This document shows, one piece after another, positions 26,850 through 36,606 of a DNA stretch of 64,000 nt. Source of the DNA: Bacilli bacterium (GTDB lineage Bacteria > Bacillota_I > Bacilli_A > RF39 > UBA660); assembly GCA_017432665.1 (NCBI GenBank), contig JAFRIS010000015.1, positions 2 through 64,001 of the forward strand, written 5' to 3'. How positions within the stretch are numbered: the first letter of the stretch is position 1; every line of letters begins with the position of its first letter. The position numbers and the translations under genes are program-made. Under the pieces are notes generated by a model. It was given only the letters and a program-made list of their open reading frames with translations. It did not search any database and was not told the origin of the DNA.

Positions 26850-27398
26850 TTACACATCCTTTTCAAGTATTTCTTTTAATCTTTCAATTACTTCTTCTTT
26901 AGTACCATTATTTAAAATATAATAATCTGCGAAAGCAATTGGACCACCTTTATATAGATTCTCTATTTCTGATATATCACGATATTTAATAGCTTCAGCA
27001 TCAAATGGACGATCTGGCCTCTCCGCGACACGTTTATATCTAATATCTTTATCTGTAACTACACAGACTAATTTTAAATCCTTAAATCTTTCAATCAAAT
27101 AAGTATATTCATACCAGGAATATAAACCATCTAATACAACATTAGTATCTTTAATAGCTTCTCTAATTTCTGGTTCTAAGAACTTAGCATAACATTCTGG
27201 ACCATGTTCTTCTCTTAATTTCTCACGGAATTCTTTTTCGCTCTTACCATCTTCAGTTCTTTCTATTCCAGCTTCTTCCATTAATTTATAAGTAATACCA
27301 CCAAAGTATAATTTAGTCCACCCTTCAGCTTCTAAATATTCTGTAACTACACTTTTCCCAGTACCACTCATTCCTACTACTGCGATTAGTTTGTTCAT
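26850..27398 (-). CDS. P-loop nucleotide/nucleoside kinase-like protein
   Basis: Walker A VVGMSGTGKS at the N-terminus in a ~180-aa kinase-sized protein. Substrate unknown. Confidence 0.55.
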   Translation of the reverse strand: MNKLIAVVGMSGTGKSVVTEYLEAEGWTKLYFGGITYKLMEEAGIERTEDGKSEKEFREKLREEHGPECYAKFLEPEIREAIKDTNVVLDGLYSWYEYTYLIERFKDLKLVCVVTDKDIRYKRVAERPDRPFDAEAIKYRDISEIENLYKGGPIAFADYYILNNGTKEEVIERLKEILEKDV

Positions 27399-27406
27399 AT
27401 TATCAC

Positions 27407-27940
27407 CTACTTCTCTTCTTCTCTAACTATTTCTACTGCTTTTTCCTTTAATTCCTTTAAATTTATATTTTCTACTACATAATCAAAATTATTATAATTA
27501 TCTATTTCTAATTCTGTAATATGATTCTTTTCTTCTTCGTTTAATCTATCATCATAATTAGATCTTTCTAATTTGATAGTTACTACATCCATATACTTGG
27601 CTTTAATAAATTCAAATTCTTTTACTAATCTAGCATCAGTAATAATAAATGTATCAAAGAAATTTTCTAATATTTCAATATCTTCAAATAATCGATCTAA
27701 TAGGAAATTATCTTTACCCATCTTTTCTTTTATTATTTCAATACCCATTTTTTGTAAGAATTCACGAGGCTTATCTTCTCTACTATCCCAATCAAAATAG
27801 TTTCTAGCATAACCATATAATGGCTCTGTAATATGCATTACACATGGTTTATGGCCATAATCCTTTAATTCCTCTTTTAAATACTCACCAAATGTACTCT
27901 TACCACTTCTAGCTTTACCACCAATTACATATACTTTCAT
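27407..27940 (-). CDS. P-loop kinase-like protein (dNMP-kinase-like)
   Basis: Walker A VIGGKARSGKST at the N-terminus. 177 aa. RBS is AAAGGAG. Confidence 0.5.
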   Translation of the reverse strand: MKVYVIGGKARSGKSTFGEYLKEELKDYGHKPCVMHITEPLYGYARNYFDWDSREDKPREFLQKMGIEIIKEKMGKDNFLLDRLFEDIEILENFFDTFIITDARLVKEFEFIKAKYMDVVTIKLERSNYDDRLNEEEKNHITELEIDNYNNFDYVVENINLKELKEKAVEIVREEEK

Positions 27941-27961
27941 TTTTATTCTCCTTTACAAATA

Positions 27962-28130
27962 CAAATAAAAGACCAAATATAGGAGGACATAAAGCCCGGT
28001 ACCATCCTATCTTGGTCTTAATTTCTTTTTAACGATTTTCACCGATAAAACTCCAAAAGTAGCTTCCACTAAGATTATTATTAACTTCCACCAACCGTTA
28101 ACTCTCTTTAAATAATTACTTACTGTACTC
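27962..28130 (-). promoter_or_regulatory. T-box riboswitch leader, Ala specifier (GCU)
   Basis: Read on the minus strand. AGAGAG (28102-28107). GGTGGAA distal loop (28086-28092). Specifier GAA-GCU-A (codon at 28061-28063). T-box GGATGGTACCGGG (27995-28007). Terminator helix AAGACCAA...TTGGTCTT followed by TTATTTG (27962-28019). Confidence 0.85.
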
Positions 28131-28155
28131 ATCTTTTATCATAGTTTTATATTTA

Positions 28156-29301
28156 CTAATTTTCTGTTATTTTTTCAATCCAACCATGTTTTTCATTAAA
28201 GAATTTAAAGAATACTTTCAAACAAGCAATAGCTGGAGTTGCGATAACCATACCTAATATACCAAAGAAATGTCCGAAAATCAATAGTCCAAGCATAATT
28301 GTTACCGGATGTAGTTCCATAGTATGTCCCATAATCAATGGTTGATAGAAATTATTTTCTAACATTTGAACTACTAAAATAGAAATAACTACACATATAC
28401 CAGTAACCGGACTAATAGTAAATCCAACAATAATTGCCGGTATAGCTCCAATATATGGTCCAAAATAAGGGATAATATCAGTAACTGCACAGAATAATGC
28501 GAATAATATTGGTGCTTCTAATCCAGCTAATGTTAAACCAATGCTTTGAGTTAAGAATACTAATAACATTACCATTAATACTCCTGTAACATAACTTCTT
28601 AAAGAAGTATTAATACGATGAGTTAATTCAGTATAACTTTCTTGCCAATCTTTTGGTATTAAACTAAATAATTTACTATTAACTTTATCAAAATCAAATA
28701 ATAAGTAGAAACCAATCATTAATCCTAAAACAAAGTTAACTCCCCCACTGATAATAGATTTACCTGCAGATAATATATATTTAGGAAGATCAGCACCTAT
28801 ACTTAAACCTAAATTAGTAACATAAGAAGTAATTTCAGATTTAATTTCTGCAGTTTTAATTAAATTACCACTATCTAATGTCTTAACTAAATTTAAAGCA
28901 AAATCAGTAATATCTTCAAATATAACTGGAGCTACTCTAACAAAATCTTTAACTTGAGATATTAAAGATGGAATGAATAGATAAGATATTAAGAATATGC
29001 CACCTAAAATCAGTAAATAAACAATAATACACCCTACTAACCTAGGTAACTTCTTTGTTTGAAACCAATCAACTAAAGGATCAAATAACCAAGCTATTAT
29101 AATTCCAATAAAGATTGGAGATATAACTACAAAGAATTCTCCTATATACTTGAATAAATTCCATTCTTTTAATAAATATGTACCAAGTAATATTATACAA
29201 ATAATAGCCATTAAATAACCAATATTCATAAGCTTTTTACCAGTACTTAAAATACTATTTAAGCTAACATAATCTATTTCTTTATCTTTAATTTTTTTCA
29301 T
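28156..29301 (-). CDS. AI-2E family transporter (PerM/UPF0118)
   Basis: About 8 TM helices. IPYFGPYIGAIPAIIVG and GILGMVIATP motifs are typical of the family. Confidence 0.8.
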   Translation of the reverse strand: MKKIKDKEIDYVSLNSILSTGKKLMNIGYLMAIICIILLGTYLLKEWNLFKYIGEFFVVISPIFIGIIIAWLFDPLVDWFQTKKLPRLVGCIIVYLLILGGIFLISYLFIPSLISQVKDFVRVAPVIFEDITDFALNLVKTLDSGNLIKTAEIKSEITSYVTNLGLSIGADLPKYILSAGKSIISGGVNFVLGLMIGFYLLFDFDKVNSKLFSLIPKDWQESYTELTHRINTSLRSYVTGVLMVMLLVFLTQSIGLTLAGLEAPILFALFCAVTDIIPYFGPYIGAIPAIIVGFTISPVTGICVVISILVVQMLENNFYQPLIMGHTMELHPVTIMLGLLIFGHFFGILGMVIATPAIACLKVFFKFFNEKHGWIEKITEN

Positions 29302-29408
29302 ATGTTACCCTCCTACTAATATATTATATCATGTAAATTTATTTTTTAAATAATAATTATTCATTTTCTTCAAATAATTTATTTAGTATAATACATATAG
29401 GTGATTTT

Positions 29409-29987
29409 ATGAAAACCATTAAAGAAAATATTAGTAATGAAATAGTTATAAAGAATTCTAGATTTATTGCTTTAGTATATAGATTAAATAATAATGATAT
29501 TACTGATATTCTAAAAGAGATAAAAGAAACTTACCCAAAAGCAACACATTATTGTTACGGATATAGTTATAATGAATATAAAAAGTATTCTGATGATGGA
29601 GAACCTAGTGGTACTGCAGGAGCTCCTATTATGAATGTAATTGAAAAAGAAAACTTAAATAATATTTTAATCGTAATTGTAAGATACTTTGGAGGTATTA
29701 AACTAGGAGCTGGTGGTTTAGTAAGAGCTTATACTAAAGCTTCTACAGAGGCCTTAAAACAGGCTGAATTTCTTGAATTAGATAAAGGTTATAAAATACT
29801 CATAGAATTTTATTATAGCGATGAGAAGCAAGTAAATTATCTTTTAAATGACTATGAGATTATTGATAAGAAATATGATGAGAAAATAACTTATACAGTT
29901 CTAGTGGATGACAGAATACTAGAAAAATTACATAATTATAATTATCAAGTACTGGAGGAATTATACATAGAAAAAAGGAATTGTTAA
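29409..29987 (+). CDS. yigZ: YigZ/IMPACT family protein (UPF0029)
   Basis: IKNSRFIA, ATHYCYGY and DDGEPSGTAGAPIMNVI motifs. Confidence 0.85.
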   Translation: MKTIKENISNEIVIKNSRFIALVYRLNNNDITDILKEIKETYPKATHYCYGYSYNEYKKYSDDGEPSGTAGAPIMNVIEKENLNNILIVIVRYFGGIKLGAGGLVRAYTKASTEALKQAEFLELDKGYKILIEFYYSDEKQVNYLLNDYEIIDKKYDEKITYTVLVDDRILEKLHNYNYQVLEELYIEKRNC

Positions 29988-29996
29988 TTCCTTTTT
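29971..29996. terminator. Bidirectional terminator shared by convergent genes
   Basis: AAAAGGAATT-gtt-AATTCCTTTT flanked by A-run and T-run. Confidence 0.7.
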
Positions 29997-30315
29997 ATAT
30001 TTTCTTTTTCTTAATAAATATCTTCCCAACATAGTATAGGAAAATAACCATTATACCTATATATACCCATCTAAGTACTACATTAATTACTCCCCAATTA
30101 ATTGTATATTTATTGATCATATCAAGTAAACTACCTGGTAAATAATCACTAATATATTTTGTAATTTTTCCAAAAGGTAAATTATCTTTAAGATAAGTTA
30201 GTAATCGCAAAGTAATATCAACTATCGCAATAAACAAGATATATGAATGAAACTTATTATAATTCATAATAACTATTATTAATAGAATAATAAATACAAT
30301 TAAATCTATATACAT
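29995..30315 (-). CDS. Small membrane protein, unknown function
   Basis: Three hydrophobic helices and a basic C-terminus. 106 aa. Confidence 0.5.
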   Translation of the reverse strand: MYIDLIVFIILLIIVIMNYNKFHSYILFIAIVDITLRLLTYLKDNLPFGKITKYISDYLPGSLLDMINKYTINWGVINVVLRWVYIGIMVIFLYYVGKIFIKKKKI

Positions 30316-30455
30316 AGAACCACTTCCTATTCTTTTTAATTGTATAATAAAAAATTATCTTTTTCAATAATATCTTAACACAATTCGACAGATTGAAGAT
30401 TCCAATAATTGACTTATTTTATGATATTAAGTATATTTATTATAGAGGTGTTAAT

Positions 30456-31088
30456 ATGGAATATGTTTATGAAAAACCTGCTGATGAAAAACTATATGAG
30501 GAAATGCGTCGTAAGTCTCTACAAGGTGAACCAGTAAAAAGACCTAGAAAGAGAATTAGAATAAATAAGAAAGTAGTTGCTAGAAATTTTGCTATTTTAA
30601 TGACTATTATTACTTTAACAGCTTCAGTTGGTCAATTATCTAGTTCTATGAGAGAAAAGATTAGAGAAAATGCTTTATATAATCAATATTTTGAAGATTA
30701 TATGGATGAAGTCTTCCATCAAGCTACACATCATGTTGATGGTACTGTTAATGATTTTTATCTTGATTATGAAATGCTAGGAAATTATATTGATAATGCA
30801 GATGATAAAGATTTAGCTATATCTTTAACTCAACGAGCTATTGAGTCTAAGAATTTAACTGATGATGAAGATCAAATGGATCGGGTACTTGCTGAGACTG
30901 ATTTAGGAGTTGATTCATATGATCAATATTTAAGTCAGAAAGAAGAATATGCCGGATATCAAGATAAAGATAAATTTGTTGAAGATACTAAGAAAAAAAC
31001 TAATGAACAAGCAAGTAAAAGTGACACTGATCAAATGCTTGAAAAAGATGAAGAAACAAAAGTTGAATCAGGAGGAAAAAATCTATGA
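30456..31088 (+). CDS. Hypothetical single-pass membrane protein, acidic C-terminal domain
   Basis: RBS AGAGGTG precedes the ATG at 30456. TM segment FAILMTIITLTASVG. The stop overlaps the next start (ATGA). Confidence 0.5.
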   Translation: MEYVYEKPADEKLYEEMRRKSLQGEPVKRPRKRIRINKKVVARNFAILMTIITLTASVGQLSSSMREKIRENALYNQYFEDYMDEVFHQATHHVDGTVNDFYLDYEMLGNYIDNADDKDLAISLTQRAIESKNLTDDEDQMDRVLAETDLGVDSYDQYLSQKEEYAGYQDKDKFVEDTKKKTNEQASKSDTDQMLEKDEETKVESGGKNL

Positions 31089-31300
31089 AAGAGTTAGAAG
31101 TAATAGAAATAAATAATGCTAGTTATGTAGTGTTAAAAGAAATTGCTCATAATGATACATCATTTCTTTATCTTTCAAACGTTAATGATGAAGAAGATAC
31201 AATGATTAGGAAAACTGAAGGTGATATGATAGTACCTTTAGCTAGTGAAGAAGAATTTGAAATAGCTTGTAATTTACTAGTAAAACAAGGATTAATATAA
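31085..31300 (+). CDS. Small acidic protein (DUF1292-like?)
   Basis: 71 aa, translationally coupled to the upstream ORF. The family assignment is only an impression. Confidence 0.4.
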   Translation: MKELEVIEINNASYVVLKEIAHNDTSFLYLSNVNDEEDTMIRKTEGDMIVPLASEEEFEIACNLLVKQGLI

Positions 31301-31326
31301 AAAAGAAGTATAAAACTTCTTTTTTT
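31298..31326. terminator. Bidirectional terminator
   Basis: AAAAAGAAGT-ataaa-ACTTCTTTTT between convergent genes. Confidence 0.8.
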
Positions 31327-31558
31327 ATTCATCTACTTGGAAATCAACTACATCATTATTATCTTTAACTAGTTTTGTAATTGATTCTTCTGCTTTTTTT
31401 AATTTCTCATCACAAGCCTTAGCTAATTTCATAGCTTTATTAAATTCTTCAATAGCATCATCTAAAGGAACATCTCCAACCTCTAGTTTTTTTACTATCT
31501 CTTCTAATTTTTCTAAACTTTCTTCAAAGCTTAATTCTTTTTCTTTTTTCTCAGCCAT
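31325..31558 (-). CDS. xseB: Exodeoxyribonuclease VII small subunit
   Basis: SFEESLEKLEEIVKKLEVGDVPLDDAIEEFNKAMKL is the classic XseB pattern. 77 aa. Confidence 0.9.
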   Translation of the reverse strand: MAEKKEKELSFEESLEKLEEIVKKLEVGDVPLDDAIEEFNKAMKLAKACDEKLKKAEESITKLVKDNNDVVDFQVDE

Positions 31559-31567
31559 AATTACCTC

Positions 31568-31942
31568 CTAAAATATTAATATAATTGTATTTAAAATCAT
31601 TAAAACAGTACAAATGACATGTAATTTTAAATTTTTCCTTTTTAGTAAAGAATAGATTGTTAAAATGATTCCACCAATACTACATAGTATTGAAATGTAC
31701 TTTTCAGTTTGTTCATATTTTATTAAACGAGCTTTCGCTTTTTCAGCAGCCATTTGTTTATTTTGATAATCCTCTTTCCATCTTTGTTCTTCTTCTGGAG
31801 TTCTAAAAGCAACTTGTCCCCATTGATTTCTTAAAGAAGCAAATATTTGGTCATGCATATTAATACCAAAATTAATAATACTAACTATTAATATTAAAAT
31901 AATTAATATTGGAAAATCCTTATTCTTCTTAACATCATCCAT
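31568..31942 (-). CDS. Small membrane protein inserted between xseA and xseB
   Basis: Hydrophobic helices at both ends around a charged middle (WKEDYQNKQMAAEKAKARL). Its ATG directly abuts the xseA stop codon. Confidence 0.5.
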   Translation of the reverse strand: MDDVKKNKDFPILIILILIVSIINFGINMHDQIFASLRNQWGQVAFRTPEEEQRWKEDYQNKQMAAEKAKARLIKYEQTEKYISILCSIGGIILTIYSLLKRKNLKLHVICTVLMILNTIILIF

Positions 31943-33196
31943 CTACAACACTTCTGCATCTACTTTACCATCTTTAAAGTTAACTTCGATGCAATCCCCT
32001 TTCTTTATCTTTTTACTACTATTAATTACTTTTCCATTAACTTTAGTCATTGTATATCCTCTTTGTAATGTAAGCAATGGACTTAGTGTTTCTAATTTAC
32101 TAACTAGATTTAAATACTTATTAGCTTTATTATCTAGTAATTTATAAGGACTTTTTAAAATATAAGAACTTTTAATTTTAATTAATTCTTTACCTTTTAA
32201 ATTAACTAAATTAATAGTACTATGTCTTAATCTTTCAAATATATTATCAAAAATCATTTCTTTAGTTTGATAGATAACCATTGGATTTTTAAAGACATTA
32301 CTAGTCATTAAGTCATTTAATTTTCTCTTGTTTAAATCTATCTTATTATTAATAGTATTATTTAATCTAATATTAATTTGATTTAAATATTTAGTAACAT
32401 CACTAACTTGTGGCACAGCCATTTCAGCAGCACCTGTAGGTGTTGGAGCACGAAGATCAGCAACGAAATCAGCGATTGTAAAATCAATTTCATGTCCTAC
32501 TGCACTGATTACCGGAGTCTTACAATTAAATATTGCTCTAGCAACTATCTCTTCATTAAATGCCCACAAGTCTTCAATAGATCCTCCTCCACGACCTACA
32601 ATTAATGTATCTAAGTCATAAGAATCAGCTCTTTTTATTTGTCTAACTATATCTTCTTTTGCTTCTTCCCCTTGAACTAAGGCAGGGAATAAATATACTT
32701 CTGCTAGTGGCCATCTTCTTTTAATAGTAGAAATAATATCTTTAATAGCAGCACCTGTAGGAGCAGTAACTACCCCTATTCTATTTGGTATTTTAGGAAT
32801 AGGTTTCTTGAATTTTTCATCAAACAAACCTTCTTCTTGTAATTTCTTTTTTAATTGCTCATAAGCAATAAATAAATTACCAATACCATCTTCTAGCATT
32901 TCATTGACATAGATTTGATATTGCCCTGTAGCTTCAAAAACACTTATTTTACCGGTTACTAATACTTTCATTCCATCTTGTGGTACAAATTTTACACCTT
33001 TAGTCGCACTAGAAAACATAATGGCATTAATTCTGCTACCTTCATCCTTTAAAGTGAAATAGTAATGTCCTCTACTGTGAGCTTTAAAATTAGATATTTC
33101 ACCTTTTAAAAACACTTCGTTTAAATTAACATCATTATCAATTTTATATTTAATATATCTAGTAAGTTGAGTTACTGATATATATTTATCATTCAT
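31943..33196 (-). CDS. xseA: Exodeoxyribonuclease VII large subunit
   Basis: N-terminal OB fold (VFLKGEISNFKAHSRGHYYFTLKD), IGVVTAPTGAAIKDI and RGGGSIEDLWAFNEE. Confidence 0.9.
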   Translation of the reverse strand: MNDKYISVTQLTRYIKYKIDNDVNLNEVFLKGEISNFKAHSRGHYYFTLKDEGSRINAIMFSSATKGVKFVPQDGMKVLVTGKISVFEATGQYQIYVNEMLEDGIGNLFIAYEQLKKKLQEEGLFDEKFKKPIPKIPNRIGVVTAPTGAAIKDIISTIKRRWPLAEVYLFPALVQGEEAKEDIVRQIKRADSYDLDTLIVGRGGGSIEDLWAFNEEIVARAIFNCKTPVISAVGHEIDFTIADFVADLRAPTPTGAAEMAVPQVSDVTKYLNQINIRLNNTINNKIDLNKRKLNDLMTSNVFKNPMVIYQTKEMIFDNIFERLRHSTINLVNLKGKELIKIKSSYILKSPYKLLDNKANKYLNLVSKLETLSPLLTLQRGYTMTKVNGKVINSSKKIKKGDCIEVNFKDGKVDAEVL

Positions 33197-33210
33197 AAAC
33201 TCAACTCCTT

Positions 33211-33615
33211 TTATTTCTCTTCATCATGATATATTTTATCTAGTACTCCATTAATCATCTTAGTCACAGCATCATCACTATACTTTTTAGATAATTCTAT
33301 TGCTTCATTAATCGCTACTACACTTGGAGTATCAGTCTCTATTAATTCATAAATGCCTAATAATAGAATTGCTTGATCTACTTTACTAAGTCTATCAATA
33401 GTCCAATCTTTCTTTAAATACTTATTAGCCTTCTTAATAAGTTTATTTTTATTTTTAACTATTCCATTAATAGAATCAGTAACAAAGTCATTTTCTATTT
33501 CTAATTGTTCTTTAATTAAATCTTTATATTCAAAATCGATATTAGCTTCTTCATACATATTGGCTTGATATAGAACTTTAATAATAATATCTCTTAATTC
33601 ACTACGATTTTTCAT
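33211..33615 (-). CDS. nusB: Transcription antitermination factor NusB
   Basis: 134 aa. WTIDRLSKVDQAILLLGIYEL and INEAIELSKKY motifs. Lies in the nusB-xseA-xseB order. Confidence 0.85.
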   Translation of the reverse strand: MKNRSELRDIIIKVLYQANMYEEANIDFEYKDLIKEQLEIENDFVTDSINGIVKNKNKLIKKANKYLKKDWTIDRLSKVDQAILLLGIYELIETDTPSVVAINEAIELSKKYSDDAVTKMINGVLDKIYHDEEK

Positions 33616-33676
33616 AATATCACCTACTTAATTATACCATATTTATTATAACAAAAATAGAACTAAGTTAATAGTT

Positions 33677-36229
33677 CTATTTCTTATTATTAATTTCTTT
33701 TTTTAAGTCATATAAATAGTTTAATGCTTCCATAGGAGTCATTTCTAATGGATTAATGCTATTAATCTTTTCTTCTATTTCATTCTTTTCTTCTACAATT
33801 TCATCTTCCATAAGTTCAAACAAACTAGTTTGAGTAAATGTTTCATTCTTTTTACTTTTCTTTTCATATACATTTAATATATCATTTGCTCTATCAATTA
33901 AACTATCAGGTAGATGAGCAAGACTAGCTACATGAATTCCATAACTTTTGTCTACAGCTCCAGGTTTTACTTTATGTAAGAAAGTAATAGTACCATTGTC
34001 TTCTACTGCAGATACATGAACATTTTTTAAATGTTTTAAATCCCTTTCTAAAGCAGTTAATTCATGATAATGAGTTGAGAATAATGTCTTAGCCCCTATT
34101 TTATCATGAATATATTCTAGTATTGCTTGAGCAAGACTCATACCATCATATGTCGCAGTACCTCTACCTAATTCATCAAATAGTACTAAACTATTAGGAG
34201 TAGCTTCAGATATTGCAGTATTAGCTTCTTTCATTTCAACCATAAAAGTAGATTCACCACTAACTAAATCATCACTAGCTCCAATACGAGTAAAGATCTT
34301 ATCAAATATAGGCATTTTAGCACTCTTACAAGGGACAAAGCAACCTATTTGAGCCATTATAACTGTAATACCCAATTGACGCATATAAGTACTTTTTCCT
34401 GCCATATTTGGACCTGTTATTAAGAGGATAGAAGTCTTCTTATCCATAATAATATCATTAGGAACATATTTATCTTTAATAACTTGTTCAACTACTGGAT
34501 GACGGCAATCAATTAGTTCAATAATTCTATCTTTAACAAGTTCAGGTCTAACAAAATTATATTGATCGCTTACAATGGAAAAAGCTTGTATCATATCAAC
34601 TTCACTAATTACTTTAGAAACTTTTTGTAAGTCACTAACATATCTTTTCACTACTTCTCTAATATCCATAAATAATTTATATTCAAGTGAAATAATCTTT
34701 TCTTCTGCTCCTAGTATTATATTTTCTTTTTCTTTTAATACAGGAGTAATATATCTTTCAGCATTCGCAAGAGTTTGTTTTCTCTCATATCCAAATTCTT
34801 CTTTAACTAAATTAGTTTGTCCTTTACTAACTTCTATATAATAACCAAATACTTTATTAAAACCTACTTTTAAATTCTTAATACCAGTTCGCATCTTTTC
34901 TTCTTGTTCCATAGAAAGAATAAAATCTTTAGAACCACTACTAATCTTCTTTAATTCATCAAGTTCTTCATTATAACCTTCTTTTATTAATCCTCCTTCA
35001 TGTAAAGTAAAAGGAGCATCTTCATTTATAGTTCTTTCAAGCAATGAATATACTTCATCAAAAGTATCAATGGTTTTATCATATTTTAATTCTTCTAATA
35101 TTTTCTTAATAGTAGGTAATTCTTTTAAAGAATGCTTTAATTGTAATAAATCTTTCGCATTTAAATTACCATAACTTATTCTTCCTACTAATCTTTCCAA
35201 GTCATATACTTCATTTAATGATTTTATTAAGTCATCTCTTAAAATAAATTCTGTTCTAAGAGTAGATACTAAATCATAACGTCTCTCCAACTCTTTTTTA
35301 TCAGTTAAAGGATTTAAAATACTATGTTTTAAATATCTACTACCCATCGCAGTCTTACATTTATCAAGTAACCATAATAAACTATATTGTCTATCTCTGT
35401 TTCTAATAGTTTCTACTAATTCTAAATTCTTAACTGTATTAGTATCAAATTCTAAATACTCAGAAGCTCTTACAATAATGCATTCTTGTAAGTGATGTAA
35501 GTCACCTTTCTTAGTCTCAAGAATATAATATAGTAAATGCTTTAATGTAGTAATTAATCTAATATCTTCGATATTTTCATATATATAATCATAATCTTTA
35601 TCTTCCAATTGTTCTTTTTGAATAGATACTAACACATCATAATTAGTTCTTAAAATATCTACTATTCTTCTATCAATGTTATCACTAACTATAACTTCTC
35701 TAAATCCATTTCTAGTAATTTCTTTAATTAATTTATCAATATCACCATCTACTAAAGTTGCATATACTTCTCCTGTAGATATATCTGCATAACTAATACC
35801 AAAACAATAATCAAAGGAACATATATTAGCTATATAATTATTACTCTTAGAATCAATATTAGTATCTAATCTAGTACCTTTAGTAACCACTTGTATAACA
35901 TCTCTTTTAACCATACCTTTAGTCTCTTTAGGATCTTCTAATTGTTCACAAATGGCTACTTTATATCCTTTATTAATTAATTCATCTAAGTATGAAATGT
36001 AGGCATGATGAGGAATACCACACATAGGAACTCTTTCATCTAATCCTGCTTGTTTACCAGTAAGAGTAAGTTCAAGTACTCGTGAAGCTGTAATTGCATC
36101 ATCAAAAAACATTTCATAGAAATCTCCAAGACGAAAGAAGATAATTGAGTCTTCATACTTATCTTTGATATCCATATATTGTTGCATCATAGGACTAAGT
36201 TTAGTTCTATCAACTTCACTTCTCTTCAT
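33677..36229 (-). CDS. mutS: DNA mismatch repair protein MutS
   Basis: LSPMMQQYMDIK...FFRLGDFYEMF N-terminus, Walker A GPNMAGKST, DELGRGTATYDG and STHYHEL. The ATG at 36229 lies 5 nt after GGTGA. Confidence 0.95.
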   Translation of the reverse strand: MKRSEVDRTKLSPMMQQYMDIKDKYEDSIIFFRLGDFYEMFFDDAITASRVLELTLTGKQAGLDERVPMCGIPHHAYISYLDELINKGYKVAICEQLEDPKETKGMVKRDVIQVVTKGTRLDTNIDSKSNNYIANICSFDYCFGISYADISTGEVYATLVDGDIDKLIKEITRNGFREVIVSDNIDRRIVDILRTNYDVLVSIQKEQLEDKDYDYIYENIEDIRLITTLKHLLYYILETKKGDLHHLQECIIVRASEYLEFDTNTVKNLELVETIRNRDRQYSLLWLLDKCKTAMGSRYLKHSILNPLTDKKELERRYDLVSTLRTEFILRDDLIKSLNEVYDLERLVGRISYGNLNAKDLLQLKHSLKELPTIKKILEELKYDKTIDTFDEVYSLLERTINEDAPFTLHEGGLIKEGYNEELDELKKISSGSKDFILSMEQEEKMRTGIKNLKVGFNKVFGYYIEVSKGQTNLVKEEFGYERKQTLANAERYITPVLKEKENIILGAEEKIISLEYKLFMDIREVVKRYVSDLQKVSKVISEVDMIQAFSIVSDQYNFVRPELVKDRIIELIDCRHPVVEQVIKDKYVPNDIIMDKKTSILLITGPNMAGKSTYMRQLGITVIMAQIGCFVPCKSAKMPIFDKIFTRIGASDDLVSGESTFMVEMKEANTAISEATPNSLVLFDELGRGTATYDGMSLAQAILEYIHDKIGAKTLFSTHYHELTALERDLKHLKNVHVSAVEDNGTITFLHKVKPGAVDKSYGIHVASLAHLPDSLIDRANDILNVYEKKSKKNETFTQTSLFELMEDEIVEEKNEIEEKINSINPLEMTPMEALNYLYDLKKEINNKK

Positions 36230-36246
36230 ACCTCTCACCAGTTTTT

Positions 36247-36257
36247 ATTATATCAAA
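36247..36257 (-). promoter_or_regulatory. Extended -10 element TTTGATATAAT upstream of mutS
   Basis: TGn-TATAAT 17 nt upstream of the mutS ATG, immediately after a terminator. Confidence 0.4.
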
Positions 36258-36267
36258 AATAAAATAA

Positions 36268-36304
36268 TAAAAAAAGAAAAGTATTACTTTTCATCAGTAA
36301 TACT
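36268..36304 (-). terminator. Rho-independent terminator (second of two in series)
   Basis: Minus strand: AGTATTAC-tgatgaaaa-GTAATACT followed by TTTCTTTTTTTATT. Confidence 0.7.
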
Positions 36305-36477
36305 AGATATTTTTAATAAACAATATATAAATAATAAATTAAATAATATAATTATTGATATTAATATCTTAATAAAATCCCCTCCAGAACTCTTTTATCA
36401 AACTATTATAAAAAAGTAAAATCAAGGATTTTAATAATTCAAGTAATTATAGTTTCTAATTTTAAAAATTACAAAAT

Positions 36478-36524
36478 AAAAGAAGATCCAATTAATTTTA
36501 ATTTATTAAAGGATCTCCTTTTGT
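36478..36524 (-). terminator. Terminator of the ABC exporter operon
   Basis: Minus strand: AAGGAGATCC, an AT-rich loop, GGATCTTCTT, followed by TTATTTTG. Stem has one mismatch. Confidence 0.55.
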
Positions 36525-36606
36525 GGTTATAATATATCATATTTTTAAGAAAATTGCAATACTTATCGCAAAAACTACGAAGTTGCATATTAATTATAAT
36601 ACAAAT

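Noticed and set aside
26850-27940. dNMP-kinase-like P-loop genes as a hint of a prophage
   Set aside because: No capsid, tail, integrase, repressor or lysis genes are nearby. The two genes are embedded in a T-box-controlled operon with alaS.
36165-36419. 84-aa + strand ORF spanning the mutS start and its upstream region
   Set aside because: It overlaps the mutS N-terminus and promoter/terminator elements, gives a low-complexity I/K/N product, and has no RBS.
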